Virus record (IMG/VR): IMGVR_UViG_3300008107_000056
Span: 2,700-66,699 of that record
Direction: 5' to 3' (one strand)
Length of the DNA: 64,000 nt
Source: a virus
In this document: in pieces, positions 46,801 to 56,226 of the stretch
Layout of the letters: every line of letters begins with the position of its first letter
Numbering within the stretch: the stretch's first letter is position 1
Position numbers and translations under genes: made by a program
The notes under the pieces: generated by a model
The model's input: the letters and a program-made list of their open reading frames with translations, nothing else
The model's database searches: none
Told to the model about the DNA's origin: nothing

Positions 46801-47170
46801 CAATACCGTCGTTGAATAAGCTCCACTTACTGAAATCATCTTCAAGACCTAATGCGGCAGTTGAAGCAGAAGTGTGACTGGTATTTGCAATGTAGCTACG
46901 TCCACCATAGTTAACAATATCGTTAACCTTGTAGTATGTAGCAGTTGCCCAAGTACTTCCCCAAGACTGACCGTCATTCATTAACTGCCATTTGCCAGCA
47001 GTTAAATCAGTCTCAAACCCGCCAGTTGCGTCAGAGTCTGCAATGTGACCTAGCACACAGACGTATGCCTTGCCGCCGTAGCGTACAATATCATCTTTTA
47101 CGTATGTTGTAGAATTGGTCCATACGTTTTTCCATACGAAACGCAATCTACCAAGTTTAAATTCTGCCAT
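43883..47170 (-). CDS. Tail fibre/spike protein with ten CBM5/12-like repeats and a beta-helix-type domain
   Basis: Ten [WY]xxxxxYxxxDxVxYxGxxY units (~45620-47140), then YYVTPEGN..NDG...AFATI and KSPYV. Confidence 0.8.
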   Translation of the reverse strand: MAEFKLGRLRFVWKNVWTNSTTYVKDDIVRYGGKAYVCVLGHIADSDATGGFETDLTAGKWQLMNDGQSWGSTWATATYYKVNDIVNYGGRSYIANTSHTSASTAALGLEDDFSKWSLFNDGIAFKGTWASATRYKLNDMVSYGGQVYICNTHHTSTVTFDTVKFTMFATGLQFEGTYDNGATYQPGDVVSYGANTYVASVTTTGNLPTDTNYFTVITQGVVYKGIYNGATLYKKGDIVTYGASAFVAKQDTTGNLPSDTANWDTMVSGLQSLGAYSGATAYVKGDIVQYGGYSYVAKGNTTGNLPTVTANWDVLTKGYTYAGVYSGATAYKPGELVNYGGSIYAAKVNTTGVTPTNTANWDPFTTGFSFAGDYAGGTTYKVGEVVKYGAKLYIATAEGSGNLPTNTSFFTLYVDGVRLAPNPTYTNGTAYLAGDIVRYGARSYICILAHTSNNGGGVEPPNATYWSLLAAGMFWKGTYAAGTEYELDDTVEYLGSTWISISANNIGNTPTTNPTKWNLVAQTGDVTPILTTAGDLLRKGSGGAVERIPVGTNGQVLAVNGAGLPAWENNNVTGQVYYVTPEGNNGNDGKSINRAFATIKYACTTVTGPATIFVKSGTYTEDLPIIIPANVYIVGDSLRSVIVEPQVGDETQTMFLMSNGSLLQKITMQGLNGFLVGTPGDVDTSTPGGVFVALNPASPITTKSPYVLECSCFSVGGIGAVVNGAVHATGYRSIVFHGYTMNNDGGIGIWCSNTGKAEVVSCFTYFCTYGYAASTGGQIRSLNGNNSYGTYGCIAGGFDASETAITGTLYGELITYASSTGVFNTGETLTSPTGSATILSSQPSAGVLYVKVNSGTFSAGQTITGTATAVQASIVTGGVTGQKGFLVVVSGLTAEPVAGASLSIASAGGTYVIQAVDYTAAATGYKPAGFAILTLTTEKLLASAEGTGVTVRTKYSKVRLTGHDFLAIGSGGRSTAYPTQLSPTLQVNEIVENLPGRVFYVSTDQDGNFRVGDFFKVDQATGRATLNANAFDLSGLTSLRLGSIGAQIGEQINEFSADGTLSGNSNLAVPTEQAVKTYVDQSINSLSVAFSIALA

Positions 47171-47213
47171 TTTCTTTTTCCTTTAAGGTAAATCTTATTA
47201 ATTTTTATATTTA

Positions 47214-47579
47214 TTACACATCTGAAGGGTAAGTATAGGCCTTGTTGACTCGTGCAACCAACTCGCCTTGTGCGTTCAAATAATAATAAATGCTTCTGCT
47301 ATCCCATCTATATTGGTCTGGATTTAGATTAGTATCTGGTCTAATATGATCTTCATTTCGACCGTCAAAATAGTCTACTCCTACCTCAAACTCTGTAAAA
47401 TCGTCTTCTGCCAATCCTATATTATTGACAACAATTTCTTCATCAACGCCTAATAATTGATCTACTCTAGTAAAATATAAATCACCTTCTTCTGTTCTAC
47501 GTAGAGCGTAATAATATCTTGGATTATTTGCACCAAGCAGTGCTGATGTATCCTGATCTCCTACATAATATGTACTCAT
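47214..47579 (-). CDS. Hypothetical tail-associated protein
   Basis: 121-aa ORF with AAGGAG SD. Confidence 0.75.
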   Translation of the reverse strand: MSTYYVGDQDTSALLGANNPRYYYALRRTEEGDLYFTRVDQLLGVDEEIVVNNIGLAEDDFTEFEVGVDYFDGRNEDHIRPDTNLNPDQYRWDSRSIYYYLNAQGELVARVNKAYTYPSDV

Positions 47580-47591
47580 AATTTCTCCTTA

Positions 47592-47930
47592 TTACGATAT
47601 TTCTACGTAACTTACAATTGAATCAACTGCATTTGCTACATTTGCTATCACATGAACTGCATTATCTGGAGCGACCAATAATCTTTCGCCACCATTGACT
47701 GCTCTCAATGTTTGATTAGCAGGTATAATTATATCTTTCATGTAATACCCTAAAACTGATGGTACTACACTTGAGTCAGTGACTGTGATACTAACAGTCA
47801 CTGGATCTGCTGTTTTATTGGCCAAACTCATACCAATCACAGTTGCTCTTGCTGTAGGAGGCATTGTTATGATTGATGTTGGACTTGTCGCCACATTTGG
47901 GGTTATTTTATTTTTAAATGCTGTTGCCAT
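47592..47930 (-). CDS. Small beta-rich tail-associated protein (paralogue of 55904-56218)
   Basis: 112 aa; L.N...V.V...I.A...E+L...D.V......V....S pattern shared with the 55904 ORF. Confidence 0.7.
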   Translation of the reverse strand: MATAFKNKITPNVATSPTSIITMPPTARATVIGMSLANKTADPVTVSITVTDSSVVPSVLGYYMKDIIIPANQTLRAVNGGERLLVAPDNAVHVIANVANAVDSIVSYVEIS

Positions 47931-47933
47931 TTT

Positions 47934-50900
47934 TTATCCTAATGTTAAAACTAATTGAATTGATAATTCTTCAGCTTCGCCAACTGTAATATTTGCAGTC
48001 TGTTCACCTGCAGAGTTAATCCACTGACTTCCGTTGTAAACTTCTACTCGTTTATCAGAAGTATTATATCTAAGCATTCCAATTTCAGGAACTATTGGTC
48101 TTTCAGGTGTTAATCCATAAGGAATGACTATTGCGCCAGTTCCTTCAAACTTGTAATAGCCTGTACCAGTTTGTTGGAAAGTTAAAACTGCATTATTTGT
48201 TGTTGCTCTAATTTCATTATCTTTAAATGCAAAATTTTCAATATTAACAGATCCTGTACCAGTAGCCTGAATATTAATATTAGTATCAGTGGCCAATGTA
48301 GAAATTGTATTATTGTCTATTGATAATTGGCCAATTTCAAATCTATCAGCACGTAGTCTTGTAGCATTAATATCTGCTATTAAATTTCCATTAGAATAAA
48401 ATCTAATAACATTGTCGTTTGCACCTGGTGTTAATTCAGCTGTAATATAAGTGTTTAGATCTGTATCATATACACCATCTAATATGAGCCAATTGCTGCC
48501 GTTATAACCTTCAAAGTGAGTTGTTTCACTGTTATATCTAATACCGCCAACTTGTGACCCTCTTTGATCAATCGTACCAGAAGGAAGTCTTAAGCTCTGT
48601 GTTGAATCAATATAAACAATTCCAGAGCCATTTGGTTTGATTACAAAATTTTCGTTGGATGTTGTTCTTATTTCATTATCTTGAATTTCAAAATTTTCAA
48701 ATTTAACAACACCTATACCAGTGGCAGCTAGGGTCAATGGACTATTGACATTTGATGATTGTACAGTTGATCCGGTAATTTGTAAGGTGTCAACATTTAA
48801 TGTATTAGTATATAAATTATTCCAACGTTTTGATGTTGATCCTAAATTGTATACTCCGCTTGGAATTAAATCGCTGGTAATTCCTGCAACAAAGCTAATA
48901 GTATCTGTTGGTTGATCACCAATTATAATATTACCACCAATAGTAACGTTACCACCAACTTCTAAGTCGCCCGTAATAGAAACATTGTTTTGTAAGTTGA
49001 TTTGATCACTAGCTGAAGCAATATTTAGGTTAGTGGTCAATGTTTCTATAGTAGAACCACTAATTTTAATGTCGCCAGTAGTTATTTGTGTTGGCTCAAC
49101 AGTTGTTACGTTTGTTCCATCACTCAATGTTAAACCAGTACTACTTGCAATGTTGACATTAGATGCAGTAAATTGTACCTGTCCTGTTACTTGATTAACA
49201 TAAAATAAATCACCAACTCTAAAGTCGCCTTTATGGTCTACTGAATTATAATAAATGTATGCACCGTTGGTATCAACTACTTCGTTCGCTTGTACAACTA
49301 GTCCTTCATCATTAGAACTATCTTTTCCAGTTCCAATGTAAGCAAAGTTGTGACCAATCAAATACATGATTACGCCTTTGCCGTCTCCTGCAACGCCGTA
49401 ATTTCCGTATACGTTGGCGCTGGACATAGATCTAACTTCTGTACCAAAATCTGAATAATCGACCAATTCAATATATTTTGCAGTTCCTGTTGCAGTTCTT
49501 ATATCTTGTATTACAAATGAATCGTCTTCTATATCTGTAGAACCCTCTGTGCCATTAAAATGTAATAATAAAACTGTATCAGCTGTTTTTACAAATTCTG
49601 ATGTTGGAACTGAGAAATTGCTTGTATATTTTGCAATGCCTTTGCTAACTCTAAGTTCGTCAATTAGTCCATTAAAGTTCCCAGCAATTCCATCAAATCT
49701 TGAACCAATAGTCAATGGACTCTGTATGTAATTAGTGTTATCAGTCCAAGTAGAACCTACTTGTACTCCGTTAAAGAACAATCTTGTAGATGTACCACTT
49801 CTAGAAAGGGCTATGTGATGAAACGCTCCCGTTGTAACATCAGTTCCTGTAATTCTAACTGCACCATTTACATAATATGTAAGCTGATTAGTGTTTTGAA
49901 TATAAACTACCGGTGCATTTTGTGTATTTGTTGTTCTAAAATCTAAAATATTATGTTGAGCGCCAGATACACTTCGGTTAATAAAACATTCTAATGTAAA
50001 ATCTCCTGTACCAAAATTAAAATCTGGTGTTGAGCCTATCGTTAGATAATCACCAGTACCGTCTAATAACAGCGCCGCAGTTCCAAATTTTTTGTTGGTC
50101 TGTGTCAATTGTGCATTGCCGTTGGCCGTTACTGTTTTTCCGTTAGCATCAGCTTTAGAAACTAAACCATCAACTTTGCCAGTTAGGAAAATTTTGTCGC
50201 CGCTGATACTACTAATAACTCCCTGTGCTAGAATAGTAGTTCCATCACTGTCGTAAGATGTTAGTGTTTGTCCTGCACTAAATGTACCAGTGGTAGTTGA
50301 AACTCTAATGGCTGTTTTTCCTGTGCCAGCAAAACCAGTTGTTCCAGTTAATCCTCTTAGACCATAATTTGCATAGTAGGTAAAACTGTTAAGCCATTCA
50401 ACTCTAACACCGTTGGTCATTGTTATGGCATTGGCACCAGGAGTAATAAATGTTGCACCATGGAATAAACAGGCTGCTTCTTTGCTTGATGGGCTTACGA
50501 CACTGCCATCTAACAATGCACCACGACCAGCATCACCTTGATCAAATCCTAAAGGATCTGTTGGGCTTGTTACACTTCCTTTTGTTATTACACTCACGTT
50601 TCTAATATAAGGGCTCTTAGAAGTTACAGTCATTCCTGAAGCATATCTAAAAGCGTGTCCAGTATTATTTGTACTGTTATAGAAAAAATCAGCAACTGTT
50701 AAATCTTCAATGGTTACTTCACCATTTAATAAAAACGCATCTTTATCATTTGACCCCAATGTTGGTTTGATAATAACACTTCTAATCCCTGATCCTCTAA
50801 TTGTCACTCCAGCAGGAACAGTCATTGGGAAGATTTCAGTGTAAACTCCTGGATAAACTATAACAGTAGTTCCAGAAGTTGCTTGTGTTAGTGCATATTT

Positions 50901-51641
50901 TACAGATCCGTAAGGATCGTTTTGATGGGTACCTGAATTGGCGTTGTCACCAAACGTTGAAACATATATTGTATTTCCTGGACGGAATGCTAGATCAATT
51001 CCGCCTACAGTTAGGGAATTTGTTACAATGTTGTCAGCGTTAACAGTGTTAATATAGGCGTTTTGCCAACGTTTGTCACTTTGACCAATGTCATATGTGT
51101 CGGTTTGAGATGGTAATAAATTTCCATCTACTCCGCCTGCCAATGTAACGTTTTCTGAGTTAATGGTTCCAGTAGCAGTAATGATTCCTTGAATATGTAA
51201 ATCGCCATAAATCTCTAAATTAGAGTTAATGTTTACATCACCTGTACCAGAGGGGTCTATATCAATATCAGTGTCTGGAGTGAATGCCCCAATGATATTG
51301 TCTTCAACAGTTAGGTCGCCTGCACGTAGTTTTCCATTATAAACTACTGCATTAGCTCCAGAAGGAAGAATATTAATAATTCCATTAGTAGAAGTAATAG
51401 AATTGTTTGTAACTGTTAGGTATGTGGTATTATCGCCGACCTTTAGTTGATTGTCAACTATTAAATTTGTAGTTTTTGTTGTTCCGTTTACGGTTAATTC
51501 GTGAGTGGGCGTGTTGGTTTTGATCCCAATTTTGCGATCGTTAACATCTAAATACAATAGATCCGTGTCAAACGCTAAATCAACTCCATTACGAAGCAGA
51601 TTCGATTTGAGCAATGGACCGGAAATTTGACCAACGGCCAT
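47934..51641 (-). CDS. Tail fibre protein with beta-helix-type and LamG/ConA-like domains
   Basis: N-terminus GQISGPLLKSNL.R.G.DLAF; KFGTAALL.DG.GDY...FGTGDFTLE...HHIAL.R...IDELRVS LamG signature; C-terminal G.LRYN...E.YNG..W repeats. Confidence 0.82.
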   Translation of the reverse strand: MAVGQISGPLLKSNLLRNGVDLAFDTDLLYLDVNDRKIGIKTNTPTHELTVNGTTKTTNLIVDNQLKVGDNTTYLTVTNNSITSTNGIINILPSGANAVVYNGKLRAGDLTVEDNIIGAFTPDTDIDIDPSGTGDVNINSNLEIYGDLHIQGIITATGTINSENVTLAGGVDGNLLPSQTDTYDIGQSDKRWQNAYINTVNADNIVTNSLTVGGIDLAFRPGNTIYVSTFGDNANSGTHQNDPYGSVKYALTQATSGTTVIVYPGVYTEIFPMTVPAGVTIRGSGIRSVIIKPTLGSNDKDAFLLNGEVTIEDLTVADFFYNSTNNTGHAFRYASGMTVTSKSPYIRNVSVITKGSVTSPTDPLGFDQGDAGRGALLDGSVVSPSSKEAACLFHGATFITPGANAITMTNGVRVEWLNSFTYYANYGLRGLTGTTGFAGTGKTAIRVSTTTGTFSAGQTLTSYDSDGTTILAQGVISSISGDKIFLTGKVDGLVSKADANGKTVTANGNAQLTQTNKKFGTAALLLDGTGDYLTIGSTPDFNFGTGDFTLECFINRSVSGAQHNILDFRTTNTQNAPVVYIQNTNQLTYYVNGAVRITGTDVTTGAFHHIALSRSGTSTRLFFNGVQVGSTWTDNTNYIQSPLTIGSRFDGIAGNFNGLIDELRVSKGIAKYTSNFSVPTSEFVKTADTVLLLHFNGTEGSTDIEDDSFVIQDIRTATGTAKYIELVDYSDFGTEVRSMSSANVYGNYGVAGDGKGVIMYLIGHNFAYIGTGKDSSNDEGLVVQANEVVDTNGAYIYYNSVDHKGDFRVGDLFYVNQVTGQVQFTASNVNIASSTGLTLSDGTNVTTVEPTQITTGDIKISGSTIETLTTNLNIASASDQINLQNNVSITGDLEVGGNVTIGGNIIIGDQPTDTISFVAGITSDLIPSGVYNLGSTSKRWNNLYTNTLNVDTLQITGSTVQSSNVNSPLTLAATGIGVVKFENFEIQDNEIRTTSNENFVIKPNGSGIVYIDSTQSLRLPSGTIDQRGSQVGGIRYNSETTHFEGYNGSNWLILDGVYDTDLNTYITAELTPGANDNVIRFYSNGNLIADINATRLRADRFEIGQLSIDNNTISTLATDTNINIQATGTGSVNIENFAFKDNEIRATTNNAVLTFQQTGTGYYKFEGTGAIVIPYGLTPERPIVPEIGMLRYNTSDKRVEVYNGSQWINSAGEQTANITVGEAEELSIQLVLTLG

Positions 51642-51747
51642 ACAATCACTCCTTTAACCCCGTGTTTCACGGTTAACCACCTTACATTGCGGGTTTACCA
51701 CAGTATGTCATGTAAAACTTGGTCGGCTTTACAATTATAGATATTTA
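51642..51747 (-). promoter_or_regulatory. Late promoter box followed by a structured ~95-nt 5' leader (candidate cis-regulatory RNA)
   Basis: TAAATA at 51742-51747; hairpins at 51711-51733 and 51654-51676, the latter abutting the AGGAG SD. Confidence 0.55.
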
Positions 51748-51760
51748 TCGGTTTTTGAAA

Positions 51761-54700
51761 TTAACCCAAGATAAGGGTCCAAACATTGGTTAATTGTTCA
51801 ACGTCGTCTTCAGTGGCGTTGCCTCCTACCCCACCAAAGTTATCAAAAGAATCTCCGTCCCAAACTTCCATAGTCTGTGTATCAGGATTAAATCGAATTG
51901 TTCCAATTTCGTTTGCTAGAGGTGCTACCAAATTATTAACTGGTACTAATACCGCAGTTGTGCCTCCTAATTTAACCCAACTAAATTGTGTTCCAGGCAT
52001 CTTGATAGGATCATTGGTTAAATTAATAATATCATCACCATCAAATTTAATATTATTAAGCATAACATAACCTGTCCCAGATGTAGACAAATTCAAACTA
52101 TTTGACCCAGTGACAGAAATAGTATTTCCAGTGCTTGTAATTTGATCAACATTCATAGCGTTAGCTGATATTGCAGTTGTAGTTATGGCAGCTACTGTTG
52201 AATTATTAATTACAAATGGTATAGTATTATTAGTTGGATGGGCAACAACTCTTGTATTCCTATTAGATGAATATACTCCCCCTAGAGCAGTCCTAAAATT
52301 TCTTTGCCCTACAAATTGATTTAGTGCGTTGTCATACCTAATTTCTGCACTGTTCATAATAGGTTTATCTGCGCCTGTACCTGAAGGTAATCTTAAAGAA
52401 TCACTTGAATCTATATAGACATTGTAGTTAGATTTAGGTTTAATTCTAATGTTAACACCAGTATTAGCTGATAGTATATTGTCAGTAAATGTCAAACCGT
52501 CAACGATTACCCCACCTGTACCATTTCCTACTAGGTTTAGGTTAGAATTAAGTGCCGTTATTGTATTGTTGTCTATTGTTAGATTTGGTAAATCAATGCC
52601 ATTGATCCAAGAAGTCGTCCATCTTTTTGAGTTAGATCCAAGATTGTATGTGTCGCCAACATCTGGTATGATATCTTGATTTAAATCCATTGCAATGGTC
52701 ACAGTGTCAGTACTTTGATTTCCAACAGTGATCGTTCCTTTGAAATCTAAAATTCCTGAAACATTTAGATTTTTTGCAATATTGACGTTGTCGTCAAGTA
52801 AAAATATACCAGTTGCAGTTTTAAAGTTTATAGGACCAGATATAGTCTCAATAGTAGACCCACTAAATCTAAAGTTGTTAGACTCAACTTTATAAGGAGC
52901 TAATATTGTTGTATTTGTTCCGTCACTGACAGTAATAGTTGATAGCCCAGATAAGTCAAAAGAATCACCACTAAAACTAGTAGTTCCTTTCTTAAAGTTT
53001 ACTAAAAAGTTATCGCCAATTCTAAAATCTCCACCATGATCAGTAGAAATATATCTAACTTTAGCACCGTTTAACTCTACAGTTTCATTGGCTTGCACCC
53101 TCAATGTGTTGTCATTTGATGCATCCTTTTCAGTGCCAATATAGGCAAAATTGTGTCCTATTAGATAAGCTAAAACATCTGCTCCATTACCAACAAAGCC
53201 ATACTTGCCATAAACATTTGCACAACTGATACATCTAATCTCTGCACCATAAGTGGCTGTTGTAGCTACTCCTGGAGAGGAAAAAATTGGGATTCCAAAG
53301 CCAGCTACCAATGAAGTAGTAACATAGATTCTCCACATATTAGTATTAACAGGGTCTTCAATTACGTAATCAACGATGTATAATGTACCTGCTACATTAA
53401 TGGTCCAATCTTTACCTACAGTTGTTTCAAAATTAGGAGGAAGATTATACTTGTACCATGCTACCCACTTTTCACCTACTGAGTTTCCAGTAGTATCCCA
53501 AATATCATTAGTAACAATAAGCGTTGTTCCAACATCTGGATAGAAGCTAATAGGTTTAAGCTGTGCTGTTGGATCAATGTTTTGATCAAATGTCATTCTC
53601 CACTGGGTTGGATATATAGGATCTGTTACAACTGATACTACTTGGTAGAATAAAGGTTGTAGTGGATACCTATCAAGCACTGCTGTTTGACCTACTAACG
53701 ACTCTACAAATGTTTGACTGGTGTATAGAGATTTGTCTAAATTTACGCTGTCTGGAGTATAAGAAATGCTTGTATATCCTGGACCAACATTAACTACACC
53801 AGGAGCTGTACCATTTACTGTTTCAAACCCTAGTAAACCTTGAGTTGCATAAAATCCTCTATTGGCATAATATGTAAAACAATCAATTGCTTCTACTCTT
53901 ACACCATTAGTCATAGTAACAGCGTCAACACCTGGAGTGATAAAAGTCACTCCATAAAATAGCATACTGGCACTGATGCTGGTATTATCAGCTACACTGC
54001 CATCAATATATGCTCCTTTACCTGCATCATGTGTATCATAACTTAGTGGGTCAGATAATGTTATATTTGATCCTTTGGTAATTACGCTGACATTTCTAAC
54101 ATAAGGACTCTTACTAGTAACTAGATAATTGTTTGCAAATCTAAAAGCGTGACCAGTATTGTCTACAGCATTATATCTAAACCCAGTTACTGTTAAATCT
54201 TCTACTGATGTATCACCATTTAGTAAAAAGGCATCTTTATCAATTGTTCCTGCGGTAGGCTGAACTATAACTCCTCTTATTGATGTTCCAATTATAGAAA
54301 CACCTGCAGGAACTGTTAAAGGAAAGACTTCAGTGTATGTACCGCTAGTGATATGGATAGTCGTTCCAGCAGTTGCTACACTTAGAGCTTTTGCGATAGT
54401 TCTAAATGGACTCAACTGTATGTTACCTTGATTTGTGTCTGATCCTAAAATACTAACATAATAACTGTCGCCTGGTAGTGTTAAAAATACTGATATGCCA
54501 GGAGGAACTGTTGGTATCACTACATTATTAGTGTTAACAGTTTCAAAATATGCTTGATCCCAAGTGTATTCAGGACTACCAACAGAACCTGTATTGTTAA
54601 CTGCTGGTCTTACATCAATACTTAAATTGCCTACTTCAGTTTGTGGTAATGGATCTGTTACAGTTGTTGTAAAATATAGTGCATTTCCATTAATAAAAAC

Positions 54701-55141
54701 GTTACCAGTAACATTTGTTGTAGACTTAAAATTTGTTCTTCCTGTTCCTGATGGATTAATATTAACACTAGAGTTGGTGCTGGTAGTGCTTATTGTTGCC
54801 GCAGAAAATCTTATATCGTCTGTATCAAGTTTTGGTACATTTATTAATTGTGGCGATTCAATAATAAAATCTGAATTATTTGACGAAGTAATATTGTTTG
54901 TGGTAAATGTTACTCCATTAACCACAACTGGGAAATCTGAAATTATGTCTACAGTTCTAAGCCCAGTATTAATTACCTCTAAATCAGGAGTTGAAGGAGT
55001 ACAAACTACTTTTTTGCCTACACCAATTTTTCTACATTGTACATCTAAGTACAACATATTAGTTTCAAAGGCTAAATCTATACCTTTTCTTTCAAGGTTA
55101 GCTTTGAGTAACGGTCCAGAAATTCTTCCGACGTTGGACAT
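51761..55141 (-). CDS. Tail fibre protein, paralogue of 47934-51641
   Basis: Same N-terminus GRISGPLLKANL, DKDAFLLNG, TSKSPYVRNVSVITKGS, YLIGHNFAYIGT and C-terminus LILG. Confidence 0.82.
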   Translation of the reverse strand: MSNVGRISGPLLKANLERKGIDLAFETNMLYLDVQCRKIGVGKKVVCTPSTPDLEVINTGLRTVDIISDFPVVVNGVTFTTNNITSSNNSDFIIESPQLINVPKLDTDDIRFSAATISTTSTNSSVNINPSGTGRTNFKSTTNVTGNVFINGNALYFTTTVTDPLPQTEVGNLSIDVRPAVNNTGSVGSPEYTWDQAYFETVNTNNVVIPTVPPGISVFLTLPGDSYYVSILGSDTNQGNIQLSPFRTIAKALSVATAGTTIHITSGTYTEVFPLTVPAGVSIIGTSIRGVIVQPTAGTIDKDAFLLNGDTSVEDLTVTGFRYNAVDNTGHAFRFANNYLVTSKSPYVRNVSVITKGSNITLSDPLSYDTHDAGKGAYIDGSVADNTSISASMLFYGVTFITPGVDAVTMTNGVRVEAIDCFTYYANRGFYATQGLLGFETVNGTAPGVVNVGPGYTSISYTPDSVNLDKSLYTSQTFVESLVGQTAVLDRYPLQPLFYQVVSVVTDPIYPTQWRMTFDQNIDPTAQLKPISFYPDVGTTLIVTNDIWDTTGNSVGEKWVAWYKYNLPPNFETTVGKDWTINVAGTLYIVDYVIEDPVNTNMWRIYVTTSLVAGFGIPIFSSPGVATTATYGAEIRCISCANVYGKYGFVGNGADVLAYLIGHNFAYIGTEKDASNDNTLRVQANETVELNGAKVRYISTDHGGDFRIGDNFLVNFKKGTTSFSGDSFDLSGLSTITVSDGTNTTILAPYKVESNNFRFSGSTIETISGPINFKTATGIFLLDDNVNIAKNLNVSGILDFKGTITVGNQSTDTVTIAMDLNQDIIPDVGDTYNLGSNSKRWTTSWINGIDLPNLTIDNNTITALNSNLNLVGNGTGGVIVDGLTFTDNILSANTGVNIRIKPKSNYNVYIDSSDSLRLPSGTGADKPIMNSAEIRYDNALNQFVGQRNFRTALGGVYSSNRNTRVVAHPTNNTIPFVINNSTVAAITTTAISANAMNVDQITSTGNTISVTGSNSLNLSTSGTGYVMLNNIKFDGDDIINLTNDPIKMPGTQFSWVKLGGTTAVLVPVNNLVAPLANEIGTIRFNPDTQTMEVWDGDSFDNFGGVGGNATEDDVEQLTNVWTLILG

Positions 55142-55151
55142 ATTTTACTCC

Positions 55152-55904
55152 TTATCTATCAAAACCGTATATAATGTATATAGGTTTTCCTAAAGGCACT
55201 GGATTGTCAAATTTAACGTATCCTTTATTGGCTGTGACTTCTATAGTGTAATTAATTTCTGGGAGTTGATAAACGTTTTCAACGTAAACTTGTATGTTAG
55301 TTGAACTAGGGTTTCCTAAATCATCAACTGGAATAAAATTATTATTATCAACGTCTAAAATTTCATGTGTTAAAGAACCATCTAAATTTACTTTTAATGT
55401 TGCAGTTCCTGAAACAGTGGCAGTTGGTACATTCACGTATCCTGTACCACCAGAAACAACTGTAATTTCAGTGATCACGCCAGAAGGATTTACTACTGCT
55501 ATTGCCACTGCATTGTCATCTCCAATGTCTGGAGGACTAATTGTAACGTCTGGCGGATCTAAAGGATCGTAACCACTACCACCATTTAAAACAGTTATAG
55601 TATTAATTTCTCCTGTGGCAGCACCAACACCAATTTCTTTTAATTTAATTCTACTTGGTCTATTAGTTCTAACTTTTTCCCAACTCCAAGAAGGATCATA
55701 ATCAGTGTATACTTCAAAATCATTTTCTTCTGAGTTATAACGTATCATACCTGGAACACCAGTCACAGGCCTATCATTGGTAGTTCCAATTGGTACAGTT
55801 AATGATTTATTAGTATTGACTATTGCTCTACCATCAGCTTCAACAGAGAAACGTTGACTTTTTGGTTTGTACGTGTCAATATTTTTACGTTTTATAAATT
55901 TCAT
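55152..55904 (-). CDS. Tail/baseplate-associated structural protein
   Basis: VPIGTT.DRP...GMIRYN...FE.Y fibre motif; two I..ITV..GG.GY...P repeats. Confidence 0.75.
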   Translation of the reverse strand: MKFIKRKNIDTYKPKSQRFSVEADGRAIVNTNKSLTVPIGTTNDRPVTGVPGMIRYNSEENDFEVYTDYDPSWSWEKVRTNRPSRIKLKEIGVGAATGEINTITVLNGGSGYDPLDPPDVTISPPDIGDDNAVAIAVVNPSGVITEITVVSGGTGYVNVPTATVSGTATLKVNLDGSLTHEILDVDNNNFIPVDDLGNPSSTNIQVYVENVYQLPEINYTIEVTANKGYVKFDNPVPLGKPIYIIYGFDR

Positions 55905-56218
55905 TATGCTACCGCCATACTGCTGATCACAGCATTAACAACATCTGCGGCATTAGATTGCATAGTAACAGTATCACCATCACTTAAAACTAATTTTTCC
56001 ATATCCATAACAAATGTGTCGCTGGCCACTATAGTTAAACTTTTTAAAATTTGATTAGCGTTTCCTCGACTGCTTCCATCAGGTATTACCCAAACATCCA
56101 CAACAGCATCCGTACTGGTGCTGTGATTGCAAATCATTAATGTTGTTATACCGTTTTCGCCAACAGACACAAAAACATCTGTTGGGTTAGTATTTGCTAA
56201 ATTCGTTGCTGTTATCAT
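55904..56218 (-). CDS. Small beta-rich tail-associated protein
   Basis: 104-aa ORF, paralogue of 47592-47930. Confidence 0.7.
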   Translation of the reverse strand: MITATNLANTNPTDVFVSVGENGITTLMICNHSTSTDAVVDVWVIPDGSSRGNANQILKSLTIVASDTFVMDMEKLVLSDGDTVTMQSNAADVVNAVISSMAVA

Positions 56219-56226
56219 AATAATCC

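Noticed and set aside
51642-51740. Resemblance of the leader to a c-di-GMP-I riboswitch (GGxAAAC, GAAA) or a twister ribozyme
   Set aside because: Only short fragments match and the order of conserved elements does not fit, so it is kept as an unassigned structured-RNA candidate
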